In this document: positions 1 through 8,172 of the stretch, piece after piece
How positions within the stretch are numbered: the stretch's first letter is position 1
Layout: the number at the start of each line of letters is the position of its first letter
Origin: Alphaproteobacteria bacterium
GTDB taxonomy: Bacteria; Pseudomonadota; Alphaproteobacteria; UBA6615
Assembly (NCBI GenBank): GCA_965261975.1
Contig: CBDHEC010000021.1
Coordinates: 1 to 29,490 of the forward strand
Length of the DNA stretch: 29,490 nt
Direction of reading: 5' to 3'
Made by a program: the position numbers and the translations under genes
The notes under the pieces: model-generated
Told to the model about the DNA's origin: nothing
The model's input: the letters and a program-made list of their open reading frames with translations, nothing else
The model's database searches: none

Positions 1-424
1 CGACGACGGCAACCCCACCATCATCTTCCTGTCGAGCGATCCGAGCGAGCATCATGAATTCGTGCTGGCGTCGCGCGACGACATGGAAACGGTCGACGTC
101 CAGCAGATGTCGTTCCTGCTGGATGATCTCGACCAGCTGCGCGAGATGCACGGCAGGGTCGTCGATGCGGGCATCACCATCGACCGGATGATCACCCACG
201 GCAACGCCTGGTCGATCTACTTCCAGGACCCGATCGGCAACCGCATTGAGTGCTACGTCCACACCCCCTGGTACGTCCCCCAGCCCCATGCCCATCCCTT
301 CGATCTCAGCCTGTCTAACGACGAGATCATGGAAATGACCGAGGCCCATTGCCGCGAGGATGCGGGCTTCATGATGGCGGCGGACTGGGAGAAGAAGATG
401 GCCGCGAAGATGGGTGCTAACTAA
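1..424 (+). CDS. VOC (glyoxalase/dioxygenase) family protein, 5'-truncated by the window edge
   Basis: The frame is open from base 2 (DDGNPTIIFLSSDPSEHHEFVL...) to TAA at 422-424. It carries the VOC-type motifs 'FLSSDPSEHHE' and 'HGNAWSIYFQDPIGNRIE'. Confidence 0.8.
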   Translation, partial: DDGNPTIIFLSSDPSEHHEFVLASRDDMETVDVQQMSFLLDDLDQLREMHGRVVDAGITIDRMITHGNAWSIYFQDPIGNRIECYVHTPWYVPQPHAHPFDLSLSNDEIMEMTEAHCREDAGFMMAADWEKKMAAKMGAN

Positions 425-459
425 GGCCGCAAGGCCAATCGTCTAAAACTTTCCGAATT

Positions 460-475
460 GTTAACGCTCCTCTAA
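460..475 (-). promoter_or_regulatory. CtrA-like box (TTAG-N7-TTAAC on the - strand) upstream of the 565 gene
   Basis: The + strand reads gTTAA-cgctcct-CTAA (TTAA at 461-464, CTAA at 472-475), one mismatch from TTAA-N7-TTAA, in an AT-richer intergenic patch. Confidence 0.45.
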
Positions 476-564
476 GGCTGCCTGCGTGAGGCTGTGCCCT
501 GCGATGTCGCGTGGTGATTCCGTCTGGAGTTTCCGCGCCTGAATGACACAGGGGAGACAGGTTC

Positions 565-2205
565 ATGACCGATCGGGCCACAGGCTGGCTGGCCGCAATT
601 GCAGGTGCGGGCGCCGTTCTGGCCGCGCTGACGGCCGCACCCGCCGCGACGGCGCCGGCGCCGACCGATGCGCAGCAACAGGCACGCGTGATGCGGCCAA
701 ACCCGTCTGCGGCCGGTGTCGCCGGGGGCGCCGGGAGCGCCGGGGCCGTTGGCGCGTATGACGGCCGCACGCTCGATGCGTTTGCCCGCGCCACACGGAT
801 CGTCGGGGCGTTGCGCAACGAGTATTCGCCCAAGATCGCCGCGGCGAATATCGCCGGCCGGCCGGACCGGGCCGAGGCGCTGTTCGACGAGATGCGTGCC
901 CGCATGCACGACGCCATCGACGCGACGGGCCTGATTATCGAGGTTTATGAAGCCATCGCCTCGCGGGCCGAACATGACCGCGCCCTGCGCGCCCAGATCG
1001 AGGCGATCATGACCGGTGCGCGGCCGCCTGCCGATCCGGGCCTGGGCGTGGAGGCGCCGCGAAGCGCACCGATCGCACCGGTGTCGCGCCTGCCCGACGC
1101 GCCCGAAGATGAACTCGCGGCGGCGAGGGACGAGATCGAGCGCTTGCATCGGCGGCTCGATACGGAGCGCACCCGCGCCTGGGTGGCGCAGGAGCGCGCC
1201 CGGGAGGACTCGGCGGTGCTGCGATAGTCCCTCGAAGGGGCGATCGAACGGCTCAGTGTCGAGCTGAAACAGCGCACCCCCGCCGATGAGGTTGAATCAC
1301 TCCGGGTCGCGGCGGCGCGCAAGGACCTCGCCCGCGCCACGCTGATGCGCGAGATCGCCGGATTGTCGCGAGCGTTCGCGTCGGCCGGTGAGGCGATGGC
1401 GTCGCTGGGGACAGACTTGTCCGAAACGCCGCCGCCGGACGTCGTGCCGCTGGCTCGGCTGGAGGCCCGCCCGGTACTGCTCGCAGGTAGTCTGCCGACC
1501 CTGGCCCGGGACCTGACCGCGGTACAGTCCCGAGACGGCCTGCGCGCGCGGCTGGAGGCCGAACAGACCCGCAGCCTGACCCTGCGCGCCCGGCACGCGG
1601 CTGAACGCGTGGCGCTTCGCCGGGAGATCGAGGGGATCGGTCGCGATCTGGCCGCCGCGACGGCAGCATTGCGGGCGCTGTCGGACGATGCGGCGGATTC
1701 CGAAATGTCGGCGCCGGACAGCGCGACGATCGCCGCGCGGGCGGTGGAGACGGTTGCGGCGCGCGAGGTATCCGACGAGGTGTCTGATCCCATGCACGAT
1801 CAGGAGAGCTACGCCGTCGCGACGCCGGCGATTTCGGGGAACCCAAACCCGATAATGGTAGCCAAGGCTCCGCCCGCGCTCGAGATTCCCGTCATGGCCG
1901 CGCCGGCGCTGGAATATCCCGCCGTGCCGGCAGCGCCGGTGATCCGTGCGGGTTCCGTGCAGGCCGGTATTCGGGCCTACGAAGCGAAGGACTACGTCCG
2001 CGCCTATAACGTCTGGCAGCCGCTCGCCGAGGCGGGACAGGCCAGCGCGCAGTTTCATCTGGGTGCGCTCTATTTCGAGGGACGCGGGGTCGCCCGCGAC
2101 CTGGCGCGGGCCCAGCGCTGGTTGCGCGCAGCACTCGGCCAGGGCCAGGAGCGCGCGCGCTTCCTGCTCGGCCGGGTGGAAGCGCAGCTCGCCAAGACGG
2201 GTTGA
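565..2205 (+). pseudogene. Secreted DUF4168-like + coiled-coil + Sel1-repeat protein (about 546 codons) interrupted by one in-frame TAG at 1225-1227 (nonsense allele or sequence error)
   Basis: ORFs 565..1227 and 1345..2205 share a frame, and 1228-1344 is open (VLR*SLEGAIERLSVELKQR...LARATLMRE). There is an N-terminal hydrophobic signal, a DUF4168-like helical segment (YDGRTLDAFARA...YEAIASRAEHDRALRAQI) and a C-terminal Sel1 repeat (AQFHLGALYFEGRGVARDLARAQRWL). GGGGAG RBS lies upstream of 565. Confidence 0.7.
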
Positions 2206-2269
2206 GGCATGCATATCGGCGGTTTGCACGTTCATATCTCCGCCTTAATTGACGTGAATACTGCCGCCC

Positions 2270-2764
2270 ATGCGGTGGGCATGGGCAAAAACTCTGACCT
2301 TGATTGGCGCTGCGATCGCGGCCCTGGGTGCGGCCTCTGCCGCCCAGGGGCCGGCGTTCGTGCAAGCCTATCTGCAGCGCCTCGGCGGCCATATCGATGA
2401 GGCCCGGCGCACGCTGGGCGAGCTTTCAGGCGGTGATGCGGCACGGATTGTCGGTGACGGGCAGGCCCGCGACCAGCTGGTCGATGCGTTCGCCAGCCGC
2501 CTAGCGGATCTCGAGGCCGCCCGCAACGCAATCGAGAGTGCGACGCCCCTGTGGCAGCCGGTGGTACTTGGATTGCACGGCGACAGGGACATCGCATCTG
2601 CGACGGCTCAAGCATTTACCCCTGCCATGCCCTTCGATGCGACCAGCCTGGCCTATGCCTTCGTTGGACTGTTGATCGGCTGGTCTGTCTGGGAGCTGTG
2701 CCAATGGCCGGTGAAGGCGAAGCTGCGCCGGCGCAGGGCCCGCAAGCAGCGGCTCGTGCGCTGA
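2270..2764 (+). CDS. DUF2937 family membrane protein
   Basis: Family-like motif QGPAFVQAYLQRLGGHIDEA, with N- and C-terminal hydrophobic segments and a basic tail. Confidence 0.8.
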   Translation: MRWAWAKTLTLIGAAIAALGAASAAQGPAFVQAYLQRLGGHIDEARRTLGELSGGDAARIVGDGQARDQLVDAFASRLADLEAARNAIESATPLWQPVVLGLHGDRDIASATAQAFTPAMPFDATSLAYAFVGLLIGWSVWELCQWPVKAKLRRRRARKQRLVR

Positions 2765-2771
2765 TGAGCGG

Positions 2772-4019
2772 CTAGCGCGGCCGCAGCAGAATGGCGCCGG
2801 CGTGAATCAGGACGAAGCCGAGGAACGCCGCAACCCAGAAGGCCGCCGAGACCATCAGGTGCACGGTGTAGGTATCGCTGTGGAACGGCGCGCCGACGCG
2901 AACGAGGGCGGCGATGGTGATGGCGATGAAAACCAGCGTCGCAACCGTGCCGGCCGTCAGCGAACGCCCGGAATGGCCGCGAATTGCGCGGCTCATCACG
3001 GCCAGGGTCATGGTCGCGATCGCGCCGACCGTCAGCGCATGGATGCCCGCGCTCGGTGGAACGTATCCGGGCCAGACGATGCCGGCGGCCATCAATCCGA
3101 AGGCAAATGGAATCCAGCCATAGCCGATATGCAGCACCAGGAGCAGCGGTTCGCGCCATGTCGGCAGGCCGCGCCAGCGCGACAGGCGCATCGCATGGGC
3201 GATCGCGGCAATGGCGACGAGACCGGCGGTGGCGAGTGCCTCGGGTGCCAGGACCCAGGCCAGCATGGCGATCACACCGGTGGCCAGCGCGACCTTGTCG
3301 GTGGGCCCGAAGGGAGCCGGCAAGCGCGTGTGCCCTGACTTGGCCAGCTAGTTGCGCGTGAAGCTGGGGACCACGCGCCCGCCAATCAGCGTGATCAGCA
3401 CCGCGAAGAGTGCCAGCGCCAACCGGGTGCCGACGGGTTCGGCGTCAAGACCGAAGGCCGCGACCCCTGCATGACCGGTATGGCTGAGTGCGTTGGCCAG
3501 AATCAGGACGCCGATGGCGCCGACGAGCGGCAGGTTCCGCCAGTTCTTGCCGGCCGTGATTTCCCGCAACACGATGGCAAAAAAGGCGACCGGAAAGGCG
3601 AGGTCGATCAGCGCCGTCACGACCGGGCCGAGCCCGTTCGAAAACCAGATGGCGAGACGCCCGGCGACCCACAGCCCGGCGAGTGCGGCGAGCGGCCAGC
3701 CCTGCAGGGGGAGCCGCCCCGTCCAGTTGGGAATGGCCGTTAACATGAAGCCGGCAACGACGGCGGTGCCATAGCCGAAGAGCATCTCGTGGATATGCCA
3801 GTCCAGCGGTGCCAGCGCGCCCGGGCTTTCAATGAGTCCCAGGAAGGCGTGCATCCAGATCAGGAGGGAGACGATGGCCCATAATCCGGCAAGCAGGAAG
3901 AAGGGACGGAAGCCCTGGGACAGGATCGGCCAGCCCTGCCAGCGCCGGTAGCGGGGCACGGGCTCGTGGTCGGGGATGCGTTTGCCGGCCGGGCTGTCAT
4001 CATTGGTCGATGTGGACAT
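2772..4019 (-). pseudogene. nnrS: NnrS family membrane protein interrupted by an in-frame TAG (3348-3350) at a conserved Trp position
   Basis: NnrS motifs GFRPFFL, WHIHEMLFGY, GFMLTAIPNWTG, LLVLHIGY, HALTVG and SRAIRGHSGR are present. ORFs 3348..4067 and 2772..3323 are in frame and read GRVVPSFTRN*LAKSGHTRLPAPF; the family consensus is PSFTRNWL. Start placed at ATG 4019. Confidence 0.85.
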
Positions 4020-4181
4020 CGTCGTTCCCGGATTGTGTTGGCAGCGGCGCAACGTGATTTGCGACACCGTAGCGCTGGTGGTGCCGCTCCGTAAGTGACG
4101 GATTGTCGCCGGGGTGCTGGCGTTGGGCCAGACGACACCTGTATCATGCGCTGCAAATCACGGTTTTCGGGGGGAAGTAAC

Positions 4182-5165
4182 ATGCGCGCAGCGTTCTATG
4201 ATCGATTGGGTTCGGCCGAAGATGTATTGACGGTCGGGGAGCAGCCAACACCTGAACCAGGTCCCGGAGAGGTGCGGGTGCGGCTCGCGACATCGGGCGT
4301 CAATCCTTCCGATTGGAAAGCACGGTTACGCGGACGCGGTGGCGCGATTCCATTCCCGCTGATCATTCCCCAAAGCGATGGTGCGGGCACGATCTATGCC
4401 GTCGGCGACGGTGTGGACGGGGGTCGCGTGGGGCGCGACGTGTGGCTGATGAATGGCCAGTGGCAGCGCCCCTTCGGCACGGCGGCGGAATATATCTGCA
4501 TACCCGAGAAATATGTCATCGATCTGCCGGCGGGCACGGACATGGCCGAGGCGGCCTGTTTCGGCATCCCGTTTCTTACCGCCCACCGGGCCGTGATGTT
4601 TGACGGTGATGTGTCCGGGCAGACGATCCTGGTCCAGGGTGGCGCCGGCGCGGTGGGTGACCACGCGGTCCAGGTCGCCAAGGCGAATGGGGCCCGGGTC
4701 ATCACCACCGTGAGCTCGGACGAGAAGGCCGACTATGTGCGGCAGGCCGGCGCCGACGAGGTGGTGAACTATCGCACCGAAGATGTGACGGCGCGGATTC
4801 TCGACATGACCGACGGCAAGGGTGTGGACCGGATCGTCGAGTTGAACCTGTCGGCAAACGCGCCGAGTTACGGCCAGATTCTTGCGCCGCGCGGGACCGT
4901 CATCATCTATGGAACGGTCGACCCCATGGCGAGTGTTCCGGCCCAGGATTTCATCGTGAAGGGCGCGAACCTCAAATGGTTCATCGTCTATTCGATCACC
5001 GATGCCGAGCGCGACGAAGGGGTCGCGGCACTCAACAAGATGCTCGCCGACGGGACATTGAACACGACCATCGCTGCGCGTTTTCCGCTCGAGGAGATCG
5101 TTGCAGCACATGAGATGGTCGAGGCGGCGAAGCATATCGGCAATGTGGTTCTCGATATCGGCTAG
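4182..5165 (+). CDS. NADPH:quinone reductase (zeta-crystallin-like, MDR superfamily)
   Basis: Motifs SGVNPSD, SDGAG, GTAAEY and the Rossmann segment VQGGAGAVG. ATG at 4182 follows GGGGGAAG. Confidence 0.88.
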   Translation: MRAAFYDRLGSAEDVLTVGEQPTPEPGPGEVRVRLATSGVNPSDWKARLRGRGGAIPFPLIIPQSDGAGTIYAVGDGVDGGRVGRDVWLMNGQWQRPFGTAAEYICIPEKYVIDLPAGTDMAEAACFGIPFLTAHRAVMFDGDVSGQTILVQGGAGAVGDHAVQVAKANGARVITTVSSDEKADYVRQAGADEVVNYRTEDVTARILDMTDGKGVDRIVELNLSANAPSYGQILAPRGTVIIYGTVDPMASVPAQDFIVKGANLKWFIVYSITDAERDEGVAALNKMLADGTLNTTIAARFPLEEIVAAHEMVEAAKHIGNVVLDIG

Positions 5166-5220
5166 CTGATGGCAGGGAATCGTTCCCGGACGCGATCCTG
5201 TTTGTCGTCCGCAGAACGCC

Positions 5221-5400
5221 TCATAACTGTCTGGTTTATATAGAGAAAATTTTGGTATATTGACCGACCATAAAAATCTCATAAAGCGTTGAAAATAAAC
5301 AACAAAACTGGTTAATTCTTCGTTCGCGACCAGTCGATTCGGGCAAAAAAGTCAATAAATTTAGTATTTTATGGGCATCTATTAATTTTTTCCTATGCAA
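5221..5400. promoter_or_regulatory. AT-rich intergenic regulatory region upstream of the lipoprotein/eipB cluster
   Basis: About 180 bp that are strongly A/T-rich, with several A and T tracts, against a GC-rich background. No credible ORF. Confidence 0.55.
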
Positions 5401-5448
5401 CGCGAGTCGCACCGGGGCAGTATCCGGTCGAGCTTTGGGAGGCTTGCG

Positions 5449-6351
5449 ATGCGAATGAACCTGGCTTTGATTGGAATACCGCTTTTCCTGGGCGGATGCG
5501 GGCTGCCGCCGGCGGTTTCGGTGGCGTCCTGGGCGTTGGACGGGATCAGTTATCTGGCCTCGGGCAAAAGCGTTACGGACCACGCAATCTCGGAAGTCGC
5601 GCAACAGGATTGCGCCTTGTTTCGGGTTGTCCAGGGACGTGAGCTCTGCGAGGCGAACATCGACGACACCCAGACGGCCGAAGGCCCGCAGATCGCCGAT
5701 GCGACTGTGACCGTGGAGGAAAGATGGCAGGACAGCAGCGATATCGCGCTGTTTGACGACCCGCTTGTGGTGCCGGTTGAGGTCGCGGGATTCGTCGAAG
5801 GGTTCGGCCCCGGAACGGTGGCCGTGGATGACCGTCAACCGGCGGCAACGTTTGCGCCTTTGGCGACTGCACCATTGGCCGCGACAAGGGTCGAGGCAGA
5901 GATCTCCGCGGGGCGTTTCGATGATGCCGCCCCGAAGTCCCGTCCGGCGTATTTGAATACGCCGATATACGAAATCGCGTTATCCCGGCCGCAGGCGCCA
6001 TCCCCGGTGCCGGCCGCCGTGCAAGGGTCTGACGAGCCGACATCGTCCAACCCATTCGAGGTGATGTCTGTTGTCGGCAGTTTCGGATCCATCGACAACG
6101 CCAGGAAACAGGCTGGCCGGTATGCGTCCCTGGGCGCGGAGGTGCGTTCGACACGTGTTGACGGCCGGACCTGGCACCGGGTTTTGGTTGATGCTCCATT
6201 GTCGACTGTCCGGCAATTGGGCGCCGTGGACGCCTGGGCTCTGAGGGTTTGTAACGCAGATGGCACCCTGCCGCCGTGCGGTCCGATGGAACTCACCAGC
6301 GCCGGTGTGACCACGCCGGCCGACAATGGTGCGGTTACCCGGGTCAAATAG
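5449..6351 (+). CDS. Lipoprotein with a C-terminal SPOR-like domain
   Basis: GGAGG RBS before ATG 5449, lipobox LGGC, and a conserved-looking N-terminal module (DGISYLASGKSVTDHAIS...DC...LC). After a low-complexity linker comes the SPOR-like VVGSFGSIDNARK...GRTWHRVLV. Confidence 0.75.
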   Translation: MRMNLALIGIPLFLGGCGLPPAVSVASWALDGISYLASGKSVTDHAISEVAQQDCALFRVVQGRELCEANIDDTQTAEGPQIADATVTVEERWQDSSDIALFDDPLVVPVEVAGFVEGFGPGTVAVDDRQPAATFAPLATAPLAATRVEAEISAGRFDDAAPKSRPAYLNTPIYEIALSRPQAPSPVPAAVQGSDEPTSSNPFEVMSVVGSFGSIDNARKQAGRYASLGAEVRSTRVDGRTWHRVLVDAPLSTVRQLGAVDAWALRVCNADGTLPPCGPMELTSAGVTTPADNGAVTRVK

Positions 6352-6379
6352 CCGCAATCAACTCACCGCAATCAACTCA
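6352..6379. repeat. Perfect 14-bp tandem duplication (CCGCAATCAACTCA x2)
   Basis: 6352-6365 and 6366-6379 are identical. Confidence 0.9.
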
Positions 6380-6424
6380 CTGTGTAATGTGAATCCGCCG
6401 TAATTTTCCGGTTACAATGGGTTC

Positions 6425-7267
6425 ATGGTGACCCTTCACATCAAGACCGTTCGAAATGCGCTCGCCGGCGGGTTGTTGGCCATATTGCTGGTTCCCGACA
6501 GCGCCGGGGCGGTCGTGATCCATGCGTCTCATCGTGCCTTCTATGAGATCAGTATCGGTCGCGTGGAGACCGGCTCTCAGATCGTCGATGCGCGCGGTCG
6601 CATGGTGGCGGAGTGGAACCGAGCTTGCGACGGCTGGACGTCTAGCCAGCGCCTCGTCGTCAGCATGGCCCCGGGTGAGGGCGAACCGATTAAATCGGAA
6701 GTCGTGATGACTAGTTTCGAGGCACTCGACGGCACCCTATTCAGTTTTGATTCCGAAACCCGGATCGGCGGGGAGACGGTCGAGGCGGTCAAGGGGGCCG
6801 CCGAGAGGGCCGGGCCCGGGAAGGCGGGGCGCGCGACCTACAAGGAGCCACGCGGTGTCGCGGTGGATTTGCCCCCGGATACGGTATTCCCCTTCGAGCA
6901 CACGATTGCCGTGATCGAGGCCGCGGAGCAGGGCGAGAAGCGTGCCTTCAGTCATTACTTCGACGGTTCCCAGCCGGAAAATGCGCCGATGGCGGCCAAC
7001 TCACTCATTCTCGGCAAGGCGCGGGACGCCGCGGACGGCACTGAGAACGGTTTTGGCGAACTGAGCGCACATAAATGGTGGTCGGTACGCCTGGCGATGT
7101 TCGCGAGCAGTGCCGGCAGGGGGCTCAATGAGGAGCCGGAATTCGAGATGACCCAGATCCTGCAGGACAATGGCGTCGTGCGCCGGTTCGAGTTCGATTA
7201 TGGCGAGTTTTCGCTGGTTGCCGCGCTTGTCGAGATCGAGGAAATCGCGCCGCCCCGCTGTAATTAG
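6425..7267 (+). CDS. eipB: Cell envelope integrity protein EipB family (DUF1849), copy 1
   Basis: Signal peptide followed by SHRAFYEI, GRMVAEWNRACDGW, SFEALDG, LPPDTVFP, YFDG and LQDNGV, with a terminal Cys (PRCN). Confidence 0.85.
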   Translation: MVTLHIKTVRNALAGGLLAILLVPDSAGAVVIHASHRAFYEISIGRVETGSQIVDARGRMVAEWNRACDGWTSSQRLVVSMAPGEGEPIKSEVVMTSFEALDGTLFSFDSETRIGGETVEAVKGAAERAGPGKAGRATYKEPRGVAVDLPPDTVFPFEHTIAVIEAAEQGEKRAFSHYFDGSQPENAPMAANSLILGKARDAADGTENGFGELSAHKWWSVRLAMFASSAGRGLNEEPEFEMTQILQDNGVVRRFEFDYGEFSLVAALVEIEEIAPPRCN

Positions 7268-7331
7268 CCAGTGTCCAACCGCACATTCATTACTCTGTCG
7301 GAACTCATCGGTTTTCGGATAGAGTTTTCCT

Positions 7332-8165
7332 ATGAGAATTTTTAGCCGTATTTGTTGGGCGCTGGGTGCGCTGTTGTGTGGCTCGGTGTTCACAGGTGCC
7401 GCGCTGGCTGATGTCGAATTAGCACCACATCGCGCGACCTACGATTTAAGGCTCGTTCGCGCAGACCCCGAACTAAGCATTGTTGACGCCACTGCGACGG
7501 TGAAAACGGAATTTCACGAAACCTGTGATACTTCGAGACGCAGGGTTCAGAGCAGAATCGAGTTGCTGTTCGGGCAGGGGCAAAGCTTGTCGGTGACCTC
7601 GACAACCAGCTTGCTAGAGTCACACGACCGAAGGGTTCTTTCCTTCCAAACTGTGCATCAGAGGGACGGAGAGGTTGAAGAGCGTATCCAAGGTGTTGCT
7701 GCCAAGGGCGATCCAGGAATGCCTGGCCGGGTCATCTACCAAGTTCCGAGTGGGAGAGTCGGCGACATTCCTAGCGGTACCATGTTTCCGGGTGAGTACG
7801 ACAAGGCGCTCATTGACCTAGCTAGCCGGGGTGAACGGTCGCTGATAGTGACGGAGTTCGATGGGACCGAAGTTGAACCGATGTTCTACTTGTCTAAAGC
7901 TACAGTCATCGGCAGCGCGCGTCGCCCGGATGAGGGGCTGGCAGGCGGCTTTGGTCAGTTGAGCAATCATAGATGGTGGCGGATTAACCTAGAGTTGTTC
8001 GATGATACGGCTCATCTGCAGCCTGGTCGCACGCCTGATTCCGAGATGAGTCTTGCCCTACAGGCGAACGGCGTTTTGAGAGACATGAGCATAAGTTTCA
8101 AAGGTATTACCTTCGCGGGTACGCTCACCGATCTCGAGCTTATTCCGCTGCCGGACTGTAACTAG
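7332..8165 (+). CDS. EipB family (DUF1849) protein, divergent copy 2
   Basis: Signal peptide (ALA), LAPHRATYDL, ETCD, GTMFP, EFDG and LQANGV, with a terminal Cys (PDCN). Collinear with copy 1. Confidence 0.8.
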   Translation: MRIFSRICWALGALLCGSVFTGAALADVELAPHRATYDLRLVRADPELSIVDATATVKTEFHETCDTSRRRVQSRIELLFGQGQSLSVTSTTSLLESHDRRVLSFQTVHQRDGEVEERIQGVAAKGDPGMPGRVIYQVPSGRVGDIPSGTMFPGEYDKALIDLASRGERSLIVTEFDGTEVEPMFYLSKATVIGSARRPDEGLAGGFGQLSNHRWWRINLELFDDTAHLQPGRTPDSEMSLALQANGVLRDMSISFKGITFAGTLTDLELIPLPDCN

Positions 8166-8172
8166 TCTTTGT

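Noticed and set aside
565-2205. Calling the coiled-coil + Sel1 protein PodJ
   Set aside because: It has an N-terminal export signal and a DUF4168-like domain, is much shorter, and lacks the internal TM helix and C-terminal peptidoglycan-binding domain of PodJ.
1225-3350. Genome-wide amber recoding or pyrrolysine insertion as the cause of the two in-frame TAGs
   Set aside because: TAG is the genuine stop of many genes here (quinone reductase, lipoprotein, eipB copy 2, divK, rpmG, topA, cupin). The nnrS TAG aligns with a conserved Trp one base away, and no pyl genes or suppressor tRNA are in the window.
5221-5400. Replication origin, ncRNA or full CtrA boxes in the AT-rich stretch
   Set aside because: I found no DnaA-box cluster or stable structured RNA by eye. 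The best TTAA-N7 matches have two mismatches.
6352-6379. CRISPR remnant or insertion target-site duplication
   Set aside because: There are only two abutting 14-bp copies with no spacer, no cas genes and no transposase or terminal inverted repeats.
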